Shown one piece after another: positions 48,167 to 61,600 of a stretch of DNA of 64,000 nt. The notes under the pieces were generated by a model. The model did no database searches and was not told where the DNA came from. It saw only the letters and a program-made list of their open reading frames with translations. Every line of letters begins with the position of its first letter. Within the stretch, counting starts at the first letter, position 1. The stretch comes from Marsupella aquatica (lineage: Eukaryota > Plantae > Marchantiophyta): contig OZ316897.1 of the NCBI GenBank assembly GCA_973895155.1, positions 12,647,375 to 12,711,374 of the forward strand. The letters run 5' to 3'. Both the position numbers and the translations under genes were made by a program.

Positions 48167-49170
48167 TCCCCAGGTACTCCTTGTTTTGTTTGGTCTCTTT
48201 GGTTTTCTCTGGGTCTTTCCTTTCTCCTCCCTTTATTGTGTCTTTTGTGATTGGGATCATGTGTCCTGGTTTAGTGTTCCTGTCTTTTTTTTGGCACTGC
48301 CATAATTATAGATGTGGCGTCATACAATATAGGTGCTGGGTTTTCTGACATGTGGAGGTCTGAATCCCAGTCTGAATGCAAGGAAACAAAATTGGATGAT
48401 GGGAAAACTGGAAATTTTTATAGTGAGGAGACCATTGCTCATTTAGAGTCACAAGGGGTACTTAATGTCCTTTCATTTTTTTGCTGACTTTTGTATTTCT
48501 AATGCACTTATAAATGGCTACCCCCCCACCCTTCCCCAAAATTATTTCTAATGCACTTATAACGCATTGTGTTCAAAATTTTGGTAAACTGGGTCCCATT
48601 ATATATATATGACAAAAAATAAAAATTGAACTTGAATGCCCAAGTGGTGCTTGAATGTTGGCGTTCTGGTAGAGTTGGACCAATGTGTGTTTGAATTTTG
48701 ACCCTAAACTGTTTCACATTTGAGCACAAACGATACAAAATTCATGAATCAATCATATCCCGAATCACATAACAATGCCCATTTATGAACACGGTGCCCT
48801 GCAAGTACCAAAATTCAAAACTTGAATACAAATCCAGCTGAACTATTTGAATAGAGCGCTCCATGACCCACTATTTACCCCCATATTTACTGGGGTATTT
48901 ACCTGAATACAGAGTCATGATGATGCTGTGTTTGGGGGAATACAGTTTAGCGAGTTAGCTAGCCAATTAAAAGAGGAATCCCAAGATTGGGATTTACAAA
49001 GTAACCAGGTTTTGGCTACCTAGGGACTAACTTTGCAAGCAAAATGTTTTTTTTTAATCTCATAACATGATTTTCTCCCTTGTTGCTTGCATGCTCAATT
49101 ACCCCAATCATTCCCTGCCATCCGCCAATGTTAAAGATCAACCTCAGAGTAAGGCCAAATTATACCTACA

Positions 49171-50600
49171 CTAGCTCAATACCCGTGCGTTGCACAAAAG
49201 ATGTCGTGTAGATCCCAAGATGTTGTTAAGAAAAAAGATGTTGAGTCCTAGGCCTCATTACAATTGGAGGACCCAAAAGGAACGTCACACTCAAAAGTGA
49301 CCATAGTTTATTATGCTTTAGGATATCATTTTTAGGGTGTAATGAGATGATATAGAAAATTTGATGTACTATACTTGATAAACATCCTATAGGTTGGTAA
49401 CATTCATTAAACTATCTAGCATTTGAGACTTTGAAGCTTTCCTTATATGTCCTTCAAAGATTGATAAAAGGACTTGTCACGCAACGGGTCACATCATTTC
49501 AGGACTCAAAAGGACTCTAAAAAATACATTTTAGACAATAAAATTTTACCAAAACATGCATACTAATAGCATAATCTTATATTTCAAAACTTAAATAGTG
49601 ACACATACTAAACCTTTATGTACAGGACAAAAATAATCAGTAATTTTGGCTTATTTAGGGCCATCAATAACAGGATCCCTTAAAACAGTTGAAAACTTGA
49701 TGTATCTACATGGTGAGGTAGGTTACACCATGTAAAATAGTCTTGTGAAAAAATTAGACTTAAATGTCTTGAGATAAAATCATGATGAACCTTTTTCCAT
49801 GTTATAAAAGTCATTTTTCACTAAAAAAGCATGTTTTTGAGTCCTGAAAGTGGTTCCTGCGAGGTACACCCAATTGTGAATGAGGCCTCTAAGATGTCGT
49901 TAAGACAAAAAGATGTTGTGTTGCCAAGATGCAATTAAGAAAAAAAGATGTGGTGTCTCCCAAGATGTCGTTAAGAAAGAAAATGTTGTGTCGCCCAACT
50001 GAAGATGTCATGAAGAAAAAAATGTTGTGTCGCCCAAGTGTCATTAATAAAGAAAAAAGATATCGTGTCACCCAAGATGTTGTTAAGAAAAAAGATGTTG
50101 TGACACCCAAGATGTACTTAAGAAAAATGATATTGTGTCACCCAAGATGTCCTTAAGACAAAAGATATCATGTGAACCAAGATATTGTTAAGAAAAAAGA
50201 TGTTGTGGCACCCAATATGTCCTTAAGAAAAGAAATGCCACATTGCCCAAGATGTTGTTAAGAGAAAAGTTGTCGTTAAGTAAAAAGACCTTGTTCACAC
50301 AAAAGTTGCACAAAAGATGGTGTGGTGAGGAAAAGATGTTGAAGTGAAAATAGATGTTGAGGTGAGAAAAAGAAGTTGAAGTGAGAAAAACATGTCAAGG
50401 AGAGAAATGTTGAGGTGAGAAAAAGATGTTGAGGTGAACAAAGATGTTGATCGATGAGAAAAGAAGATGTTGAGCTAAGAAAAAGAAGTAGAGCAAAAAC
50501 TATGTCACGGAGAGAAAATATGGCGATTGATGTGAGAAAAATATGTGAAGATGAGGAAAGATGTTGTGGCACTGAGATAAAATTGTGAAGGTGAGAAACG
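49171..50600 (-). mobile_element. Helitron-like element with an internal approximately 32-bp minisatellite, interrupted by MITE copy 2
   Basis: A|CTAG at 49170-49174 followed by the hairpin CCCGTGCGTTGCAC (Helitron 3' end on the minus strand), then CCAAGATGT.GTTAAGAAAAAAGATG repeats. The 5' boundary is uncertain. Confidence 0.55.
49251..49887 (-). mobile_element. MITE copy 2 (inverted relative to 35091-35733)
   Basis: GGCCTCATTACAATTGG ... CCAATTGTGAATGAGGCC. Flanks CCTA/TCTA (4-bp TSD with one mismatch). Confidence 0.85.
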
Positions 50601-52097
50601 GAGAGTTTCTCTTGCATACTCTTGCATACTCTTGCATACAGTTGTATCCCTGTATGCAAGAGAAACAGGGAGTCTCTCTTGCATGCAAGGGAAACAAGGA
50701 GTCTCTCTTGCATACTCTTGCATACAACAGGGTTAGGTACTTTTTTGTCTTTTGTTTCCACCATTAGATTCTTTTTTGTGTGAAAAGTGCACCAACAAGG
50801 TTAGTTACATTTTTTGTTTTGTGTGTCCACCAATTCTTATTGTTTGTGTGAAAAAAATTCTTGTACTTTTTGGTTCACTCTATATTTAATTTGGTTTTGG
50901 TTTTATCTCTTCTCTTTATTGATTACTTCTTTTCTTGGCAGTGTATTTTTGAATGATGACCACTGCATAAAAAGACACAACCTTGTATTAGAAATGTTCA
51001 GGGTGCATTTTCTCATTTTAAAAATTAAATTAAATTGTGTGGGCATGGAGGCTCAGACCTCCTGAGACAGCAGCAGTGCGAAAACTGAGTCACACAAATG
51101 CAAGAAAGGCTTGAGAGGGACATAATTTCAATGCGAATCAATCAAAGGGGAAGCCTAGCCTTAGGCTTGGGGGCCTCATTCCAACCTTTTTCTTGTTTCC
51201 TTCTTCCTCTTCCTTGGTTTTGGGTTGTTACGTAGAATATGCCTCCTTTTTAAAGCATTTGGTGTTTGTAGTACTTTAGCATTTGGTATTTGTCATCTTT
51301 GGACCTTCTCTGCTCCCGTCTCTGCTCTGCCGGCAGAGTACTTACTGTAGCTTGTTCTTTTGGGGTTCAAGGGGTACTCACATGGGGGCCTCTTTAGTGG
51401 TCTTGAGGTCACTCCGCCCCACCTCCCTCCCCCCCCCCCCCCCCCCCCCCCCGCATATTGGGTATTTAATTAGCCTTTGGGATCCGCTGCCTCCCAGTTT
51501 GATATATATACTGAATTTGTACTTAATTTGTTTTGTATTTTTACAGTTCTTCTTCTTGGAATAGCGGCTTAATTGGTTTTACCCTTCTTGGGATTTGGTT
51601 ATTCTCCGGAATCTCTTGTTTGCCAGTTTGGCATTTTACTTTTTGATTTTCTTTAATATAGCTAGACCCACTTACTGTGGTTACTCCGTTCCCTCATACG
51701 CAAGTACACTTCCCCAATTCTGCTTTTCACACTTCCCCAATTCATATCCAGTTGACCATGTCAAGTTTCTTTTAGTCTACTGAACTCTTACAAGTACCTC
51801 TCAACACGATGAATCCAAAGATCTAACTTAAATAAAAAAAACCTCACTTGTTATGATCTGGAAAACTTTAATCGGAACCAAATTATATGGCTTTTTAATA
51901 CAAGGGTCTAAGCAGCTAAAATAGGGTTTTGGTATTCTAGTATATTAGGATTTTAGTATTCTAGTATTAGACCCTTGTAGTAAAATAATAAAATAGTAAA
52001 ATACTAGAAGCTTGAAATACTAAAATGTTGGCTCCTTTCATCCAGTTGACATATCACCTACTAAGTCCTCCATCACAATGACCTGATATATAATTGA

Positions 52098-52325
52098 CTA
52101 GCCCCATGTCCGTGCATTGTACGGAATATGTAGAGGTGAAAAAGATATTGAGAAAAAAGATGTCGAGGTGAAAAAAATGTCAAAGTGAGAAAAGATGTCC
52201 AGGTGAGAAACATATGTCAAACTAAAAAACTACCGTGTGAAAAAAAGTTGATAAGAAAAAAAGATGTCAAAGAGAGAAAAAAATATTGATAAAAACAAAA
52301 GAATGATGTTGATGAGAACAAAAGT
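52098..52325 (-). mobile_element. Second Helitron-like 3' end with AAAAGATGT repeats
   Basis: A|CTAG at 52097-52101 plus the hairpin TCCGTGCA-T-TGTACGGA (52109-52125). Confidence 0.45.
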
Positions 52326-53559
52326 ATCCCATGTCCATTCTGAACAACTTCAAACCATGGAGCTACAATTTAAGGTGTGTACTAGCTTCTCTTAGGTTAT
52401 CAGTGTCACTCCCTTGACGTTGTAAGAGGAATTCTCTTAAGCACTACGTACCTCTTAGCAAAATGTACATTTTCTATGGTTTTAGAAGCTAATAAACTTA
52501 AAAATAACATATTTTGGGTTTTTCTGCTTCTTTAATTTTATTTTTTGATATAAAAATGCAATAGTTAACTCTAGACAGTTATAACAGAATTCTCAAAATG
52601 CTACAGCAACTTGCTAATTTGGATACAGTAGTAAAAAAAACCATATAATCTGGTTAGAACATTTACTTTCATATATAAACGTGATCAGTTCATTTTGAAA
52701 CGAAGCTACATATTTAATTATTGGATTTTGTGTTCATAGGTAAAAGAGTTTCTTAGACTCAAATGGAAATTAGAGTGTGTGGTACATATAATAATCCATT
52801 ATACAGTTCATAAAATTAAGTTATTTGCCAGTCTTGTAAACAAGTCATATGTTGAAGGAAGAGCATCACTTACTTCTTCAACTACGCAAGCAACGTGACA
52901 TCTCACCTCACTCCACCAATTTGAGTCTTCTAAACACTGGTCATGTGATGAAGGAAGAGCATTGATTACTTCTTCAACCATGCAAGCTATTTGAACTTGA
53001 CATCTCGCCTTACTCCACCAAATGTTCCGCGCAGTTTCCACAATTTTCATGGAACTATTCACGTCATACCCACTAAATAGCTAGAAAATGAACGGGACAT
53101 TAAACTCGGGATTAAACTATTGCACAGAGAATCTCCCAACGGGTATCGGACCAGGTTTTGCTTCGGGGAAAAGTTATTGTTTAAAGGTTTATGGGGTTGG
53201 AATACTTGAATGCTATGTTGACCAAATCCAGTAAGATTGGGCCAACAAGTCATCCCCAACGGATGAGTGGAATGCTATTGAGTAGTCAGCTTAGTTTTTT
53301 CGGTTTTTTGGTTATGGAGCTGGATGCAAAGGACCTTTACTGGATTCATTCATGGGTTGTGGAAGATTACTATCCAATGGTGTCATATTTGAGGAGGTGT
53401 CGTATATTAAGATACCATTGGGCTTTCTTTTGACATAGCATGTTGTATAGTAAAAGGCAACTCATTCACCTGTAGTTACTGTATAGAGCATTGGAGACGC
53501 GGTTTGACCTTGCGTGTCAAACTGGGTGCTGGAGGTCGTCATGCCGTCACACTGTCATC

Positions 53560-53925
53560 CCGGTTGCCCGGGTCCGGGTGGCAGGGTCGGGCCGGATTTG
53601 GGTCAGGAGTTAAAAGTGTTTGGGCCTGGTTAGGGAGGGGTTTGGGTGGGGTCCTGGCCGGGTTGGGCCGGGTCAGGGCCAAGTTCGGGTTGGCTGGGGC
53701 AAGGTCTGGGCCAGGACTGGGGAAGTCCTAGGGAGTCCGGGCAGGGTCCGGGCGGGTCCGGGGCCGGGTTTGGTTGGGGCGGCGTCTGGGCTGGGTTAGG
53801 TTAGGTTGGGTCGGGTTTGGTTGGGTTGGGGTCGAGTCCGGGGAAGTCCGGGCCAGGTTCAGGTGGGCTGGGGCTGGGGTTCGGGCTGGGTCAAGCTGGG
53901 GTCTGGGGGAATCTGGGGGAATCTG
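53560..53925 (+). repeat. G-rich low-complexity tract (many GGG runs)
   Basis: Repeated GGGCC/GGGTT/GGGTC units. Confidence 0.7.
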
Positions 53926-55081
53926 ATGGAATATATGTCAAATTGCACTTTTTTGGCCGTCATTTGATGGTTTTACGTGCCCAGCAAGCAATCAACTGTC
54001 TTGCCTGTCAGGTTAAACCTGGGTTGGAGATGCTCTAAAGAAATAATGGAAATGTGTCTACAATTGAATGAGTCCCTTAGTCACCGTGTCAATTACTCTC
54101 CCATGATGTCCCTCCCATTGGCCCGGCCAGAGAATATACATGTGAGTGATCTGCTCTCAAGGGTCTGTCTATGCAACCTGTGCAGCAACAGCTCTTAGCA
54201 AGGAGGACTTTTGTGACTTAGGGAGCACTTGGCACTTCCAAGCAAACTGGAGGGCCAGTGCACACACTAAATATAGTGTCCAACAAAAAGCATTTTTTGA
54301 ATCCTTTTATTGCCCCCAAGGCCTTGTAAAGCCAAGTGCAGCCAATGGTGCCAGATTAATTGACTAAAAGACAGATTGAGGACCCACTCCACTTGTATGT
54401 CCCGTAATCTTTGACTAAAGTCTTTGTAAATGTGAAAAGAGAAGATCTTATGAAGGACTTGTGGGTCCTTTTTTCATGTAAATGACTTAATCTAGAAATG
54501 GACCAGGGGGCCACAAGAAACGACCACCAGGAGAGGTGGTCTAAAATCTAGGACAAAAGAGTGCTCCACATAAGTAAAAATTGGGCCCCACTGCATTCCA
54601 TGTAGGATTGGTTACAAGCTCCATTGAAAGTGCCCCCAATGTTTTGTAAAGTGAACAGCAGTAGTTTCTCCCAAGTGGATGGCTCTGATCAGATCTTGGA
54701 GACAAAAAAGAGAGAGTGGAAACTGCCTGCAACATAGTGTAAAGCCACCCTAATACTACTCACCTGATCTCCACTAACACGAGAACAAAGACAGACGTAA
54801 GTAACAGAACGAGCCAAGATAGTCCTGTTCGAGCAGAGTCCTAAGTCACACAACGGACAGAGAATTAATATCCTAGTGTGCATAGGTATGTTCTAACATA
54901 TGGTCTTATCAACAAAGAGCCTGCTCCTAATTCACTGAATAGGACAGAAAGAGAATCGTACTGTGCCTGGGTATGCACTTGTGTTCTAATCATAAAACAA
55001 ATCAATTCTCAAGTATCCACATAAATTTGCGATGCCTAGCCTGACTGTCCTATGGGTTTGGCTTTTCTGTTTACTCCTCAC

Positions 55082-55377
55082 CTCGGGGGTCTCACTATAT
55101 GGGGACCTCCTCATTGCCTGCGACGTTTTTAGGCCTTGGACCCCCTAAAATGTAAGAAAAAAATTTTATTTTTTAACCCCTATAAAGTTGGAATATTCTT
55201 GGAATATTCTAAATTTGGATTAAAAAGACCCTAATGTTCTTATAAGTCTCAAAATTGAATTTAAAAGACCCTATTGTTCTTCTACAAAAATTCTTAAGTC
55301 TTCCCTTAGAACCAATAAAATGACCCTATCCTTCGTCGCACGTGATATGCCATTTTTGTGGAAGTGAAACCCCCGAG
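55082..55377. mobile_element. MITE with 15-bp TIR and 8-bp TSD (hAT- or P-type TSD length)
   Basis: CTCGGGGGTCTCACT ... AGTGAAACCCCCGAG, with a perfect TSD CTCCTCAC at 55074-55081 and 55378-55385. Confidence 0.85.
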
Positions 55378-57065
55378 CTCCTCACTAGCTAGTACCGGGC
55401 TTTAGTTGCTTTGTCATTGTGGGGACTCTAGAGCGTTTTGGCTCTTTTGGTCTTCCTGGTTTTACTCTTATTTTCTTATCTCCCCTTTGTATTGGGTCTC
55501 CTGCTTTTAATTTGGGATCCTCTATGGAGGTTTTTTGTTCTTTGGTCGGGTATCATTTACAGTAATCAACTGTCTGTTTGGCAACAAGTTGAAACCTCGG
55601 TACTAATTTGAAAATACAAGTCCCCCGCTGAAATAGTTTGATCATGACTTTGAAATTATTTCAGTACGTATCTGGAAAGTGCTCCTTTAGTGAACGCTGC
55701 CATCCGCTGAAATGCAAAGGGGGATAAGGCCGGGGTAAAAGGACTTATATATATTACTCAGATTTTGAACGACGTTGAGCACATGTCTGAAATTGACATC
55801 TGTGACTATATACATACTTTCTCAAACACAAGAGAGACACAATTGTACAATGCATCTGATAGCAGAAAGGAGACCCTAAAATAGGGGCAGTACTCCATCG
55901 CAGAGAAGAACATATATAGTCACAATAGTGTGTTAGTAATGCCCTACAGTGTAACATGTAAAGTACATATATAACCCTCCCTAATCCTAACAAGGTCTTA
56001 CTGTCACAAGTCAAAAATCAGCATGAGAATAATATTAACCATGTACATTTTGGTTAGAACTACCGTCAGCCTCTCGATGGGTCTCAAGATGTTGTCTGCT
56101 GCGGAACGTGTGAAAGGGTACACTGCAAAAATGTAATAATGGAGCTCAAAAATATAATAGCAGTGCGCAGGGCGGCAATTGATATAGCATGCTCATCCGC
56201 TTGTACAATGTCTTGTAGTGATTCTCTTTCAACTAGAGGTAGAATACTTTCTCACTTTGAAAAAGACAATTACATTTACTATTATACAGTGTGTTTAACT
56301 ATTTGTCGAAAGAGAAATACGTGAACTTTTAACCTTAATTTTGAGCTATATTATTAGGGGCTCTTTATTCAGGTGACACTGATGTATAAACCATACTAAA
56401 GTATTGTAAAGTTATCAACCAATGGGGATATAAGCTACAATTCATCCAACTGTTTAGTTCTAGTTGCCCGGTTGAGCCTGGTGTCACACCATTCTAGGTA
56501 GTGTTAGAGTGTATTGTATTATCTAGATCCGTATGTTTGGTATGTGTGCTATATGAGCCGATAAAGTTCCATTAGGTTTGTGTGAGAGGGTAGTTCTCTC
56601 TTGTGAGGCATTGAAAGGTTAACTTTCAATGTTGAGCCTTGGAGAGGGGAGCTTGTGTGGTGAGTATGGTGGCTGAGAGCTCTCTCTATGTAGCGTGGAT
56701 TCCTTGAGTGCAAGGTGTGTTGGCTCGACATACGTGTGTGATCGGATCAGACGGGATTGAGTGCGTATTGTTAGCGTGGCTCGTTGTTTGAATTCTATTG
56801 AGATTATTGTGGGTTTTGGACATGTGTGGACATGAGTTTCACTTGTATTCCATTCTCTTGTATTTGTGATGTGGTAGTGTGACTATGTCTGGATGTATAT
56901 GACAAGCGATGTATGTTATGTAGCCCCGTGTATGCGCACGACACTGGTGAGAGTCTCTCCTTCTCAGAAATAAGGACAAATTGTGAACATAGCCAAAGTA
57001 CAGTCTTTAAAAAGTAACATTTACTCTAAATTACCTGATTGAAACTATGGTATTTAAAAATTTAA

Positions 57066-57880
57066 AGGGTTAGAAGAAATTACTAAATTTGAAATAATAC
57101 AAAACAAAAGCCAAGACTAGGTCAAATGCATATAAAAATACATGACAAGCAGCATGAATAAGACAAGACAACCAAAAGGTGTTTGGCCCAATATAGCAAG
57201 ACAACCAAAATTAAGGGGGTTGGAAGAAATTATTAAATTTGAAATAATACAAAACAAAAGTAGAGGTTAGAAGAAATTATTAAATTTGAAATAATACAAA
57301 ACAAAAGCCTAGATTAGGTCAAATGCATATAAAAATACTTGAAAAGCAACATGAATAAGACAATCAAAAGATAAATTAAGGGGGTTAGAAGAAATGACTA
57401 AATTTGAAATAATACAAAACAAAAGCAGGGTTAGAAGAAATTATTAAATTTGAAATGATACAAAACAAAAGCCTAGATTAGGTCAAATACATATAAAAAT
57501 ACATGACAAGTAACATGAATAAGATAACCAAAAGGTAAATTAAGGGGGTTTAAAGAAATTACTAAATTTGAAATAATACAAAACAAAAATAAGGGTTATT
57601 TAGAAAAAATTATTAAATTTGAAATAATACAAAACAAAAACCTATATTTTATCAAATGCATATAAAAATATATGACGTGCAACATCAATAAGACGAGACA
57701 ACCAAAAGATGTTCGGCCATATATAGTAACCTAGAAACAAGCAACATGAATAAGACAAGACAACCAAATAAGACAAGACAACCAAAAGATGTTCCCCCAT
57801 ATATGGCAACCTCGAAACAAGCAACCTGAATAAGACAAGACAACCAAAAGATGTTCGGCCATATATAGGAGCCTCGAAAT
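57066..57880. repeat. AT-rich compound tandem repeat
   Basis: GGGTTAGAAGAAATTAYTAAATTTGAAATAATACAAAACAAAAG repeated about 7 times, followed by AATAAGACAAGACAACCAAAAGATGTTC units. Confidence 0.8.
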
Positions 57881-58613
57881 TGATAATCAACAGGAAGATT
57901 CATCACGGCGTGGGGTTGTAAGCCTGTAGCCGGAGGACAGTTGCTAGAAACGTACGCTGTTCATGCAACTCACTGGAGATACAATTCACTGCCCATCCTA
58001 CATAAAAAGGGGTTATTTTGAGATTCTAGAGATGGGCATGCACGAGTTGGGTTATTAGTCGCTTAACTGTATATTCAGGACTTGGTGGACAGCAAAGATA
58101 AACTGAGGACTTGATCGAAAGGGCCTGCGTGACGATGATGCAGGAGGGGCCTGGTCCTTCTAGTCCTGAAGATGCAGGACGGGCCCGTTTAAGTCCTTAG
58201 TCGATCGACATCATATATTGTTCCAGGCCCTGAGTGGTCGCTCATTTCCGAAGTATCGCACAACACTTGAGAGCGTCAATCTATGACTAGATCTGTTAGC
58301 ATTGCAATTCTATCTTCTCACCTTTCTGGTTGAAGATGATAATCTGAAGAATTTGCGAATCAGTGTCGAGCGAGTTGCGTACCACGTTCATATATTTCAG
58401 TGGACGGTCTGGTCGAAAGAGGACATTTCCAAACCTGCGTAGAGTTGTAGAACCGCAGAGTTGTAGAAACTTAATTGCTTTGCATGATGCGGTTCGCACA
58501 CAATTGTAGAAACAGTGGGAATTGAAGCTGAGTTAATTACTTTGGGGCAAGGTAAGTTCTGGAGCGGTGGGTTAATTTCTCAGAGAGTTATCGATCCAAT
58601 AGCAACCATTCTG

Positions 58614-61600
58614 ATGAGCATGGCTGAGGGAGGGATAGAACCCGTGCCCATCCATTTGCCTCATCACTACACCGCAGCTCTGGGCTCTCTTCCAGAATAT
58701 ATCGCTAAAACTCTGCAATTGGGTCTCAGAGGAGACAGCTTCGCCCTGACCCACTTGGTGATCGCTGGCGCTGTCTTGCTTCTTACGGTCACCGTGCTCT
58801 CGAAAGTTTCTCGCAGAATTGAGGAAAACGCACGGAAAAACTTGCCTCCAAGTAAGTGTCTTGTAACGTAGGCTTTTCTTGGTATGACGGATACCAAGGA
58901 AATGTAAATTGCTTACATTCTAGAGTGTAAACAGTTTCTAGCAAGCTTAAAGGGTGTTGGATTTTCGAAAGTTGAAAGTTTGAGCTCTACATTTGAGGAT
59001 CTTTTAATTAATAAGCTGACCGAATTTCTGTCTATAACTCCTCCGAAAGGCTTATTAATTTACCGTCCCGAAGATCGACGAAGTAGGATTAAAGTGACCT
59101 GTTTGCTGCGGTACTCATCCTTACAGATCGACAGTACGTATCCACATTCCATATTTCCAGTTGACTCTACTAACATATCCTGTGTGTTTTCTCGTTAATG
59201 TCCGCATTGCAGCAATACCAGGAGGACTTCCATTTTTAGGAAATCTTCTGCAGCTGAATGACGTGAGACCCCACAAAATATTCACAGATTGGGCTACGAA
59301 GTACGGACCTATCTATCAGGTGAAAACAGGATCTCTCAACAGTGTCGTCATCACTTCTGCCGAGCTCGCCAAAGAGGCTACGGTCAGGAAGTTCTCTTCC
59401 ATGTCCTCCAGACGTCTTCCTACGGCCGTGAGTATCTTAAGTGCTGAAAAGACCATGGTTTCAATGTCTAACTACGGTCCTCAACATAAAAAATTGAAGA
59501 TGCTGCTGGTGGGGAATCTGCTTGGGCTCAACAGTCAGAAGGCAAATCGCCCAATCCGCGAGGATGCAATGAGGCTGATGATGGATGAGATGTTTGCTAG
59601 TATCAACGGCCAGAAATCTGCAATTATCAATATCAGGGACATTATCAAGCACGGCTTGTTCCACTTCGCAATGGTGCAGGTACAAATTTGTGTACATGTA
59701 AATTGAAACAGTTCCATCTCGTTGCTCAGGTCATATATGTCCAAATTATTTAGGTTTGTGTCCTTTTTGCTAAACTGTACCGCGCCATAAATTAAATTCG
59801 TCAAGCTTCAAAGCATCTGTCAGTCGGAAATTTTATTAGCTATCCACGTGTCGGCGGAGGTATCCTGAAATCAGACGTATTATCATACTCACTGTGGGTA
59901 ATGAGAAATAAATTTCTTCGAAAATTGTTTTCGTGGGTATTAGTCGTTTCCGATCGCTGACAAATGATCATAACCAATCTCAACTGTATTCTGGCTGCCT
60001 GCAGGTCCTTGGGTACGCTTCCGAGGGTGTGAATGTTCCGGAACTTGGCCGATACGTGGAAAAGTGGGAGATGTTCGAGGCACTTGTCTTGGACATAATG
60101 AAATGTTTGCTTTATCTCGACTGGAGGGACTATTTCCCAGCTCTAAGCTTTATTCCTAACTCAGTCGAAAACGAGATTCGCAAAATTGACGGAAAAAGGA
60201 ACTACATCATCGATGCCCTGATCGCAGAGCAGAGGCAGCTTATTGCGTCTCGGGTACGCCCATGTCGTCCTGTACATCGTTTAAACTATGTTTCTTGCAT
60301 ATATTTGAAATGCGAGACAGGCAGTCTCGTCCATGCATTGGTCCAGAGGGTTTCAACGAACACGCAAACAATAGGCGTTTCATTTACAAAATTATGGTCA
60401 GCCCCATCCAGCAGAGTGTTTTTCAATTTAGATATATAAGGATTTCTGCTCTCAGGTCTTGTATACGTCATACCACCAATTTGATTACGAAAAACAGAAT
60501 TCTTAATTGTCCCTGATCTAACAGTTGCTTTCAATCAGGAGGATAAATAATAGAGTTCTATGGAGTGTCGGAAAGGATGCAGATTGAATGCTAAACTTGA
60601 CTGTGGACATATAACAAATTCCAATTTCGAGAAATTGGACGAAATCTATTGTACGTTGGAATGCGACTTAGACACGCAGTAGTATTTGGAAACTCATTTG
60701 TGCCAGTATATTAGTCCAGTACTAAACCTCATGGTGGGGCCGGGAGGTTTGATCGTAAACTCGTTAGAAATTGAGCGAATCAGCTCACATGTCAGTTTTA
60801 TTGTGGCAGCTTACCAAAGGTACATAGCATTAATCTAGACGTACCGGCAGGCCTAAACACCACTAATGTTTATTTGGTGGCATTTGTTTGAACACACTCA
60901 GGGTCCTACACGGTGCTTCTGTGATATCCTGTTGACCGAAGCCAAGAATCTGACTCCCCTTGAAGTCCGAATGTCCGTATGGGAGCCTATTATCCTGAGT
61001 ACGGACACGAGTATGGCCACAACAGAGTGGGCAATGTACGAACTTGCAAGAAATCCTCAGATCCAGGTGAGCGCGTAATAATCAATTTAGGTAAATTCAT
61101 ACGTTTGCCCGGGCCGATTTTACTCAGGCCATAATGCTAGTCTAGCATGTGATCATGATTTAGAAGTTCAAGAGCTCAATCAGTCAAGAGTTTCCATTTC
61201 CTCACGAGCGTAGAAATTCTTCGGATGCAGGAAAGACTGTACCAAGAAGTCAAGTCTGTCGTGGGCGATCGTATGGTCACGGAAGATGATATCGACAAGC
61301 TTCCTCTTCTCACAGCCATTATCCAGGAGACCTTGAGAGTCTACCCTGCCGTGCCAATGCTATTTCCCCGATACGTCCATGAAGATACGACCATCGCTGG
61401 ATACCTCATACCCAAGGACTCGGCTGTAAGTTCTCTAAGTATATATGTTCTTGTACTTGGTGATTGCATGGCCTTCCACTCTACTTTTTGACAATTTGAA
61501 GTGGCGCCGACGGTGGGAGTCTTATGCCTTGGAATCCAGTCTCTCAGCATCTGTTTCTTGCTAGAGGGGCGACCCACTATCCGATCTGATAGAGACCTAT

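Noticed and set aside
56502-56943. Possible solo LTR (TGTTAG...GACA)
   Set aside because: No TSD (GGTAG vs CTGGT) and no second copy in the window.
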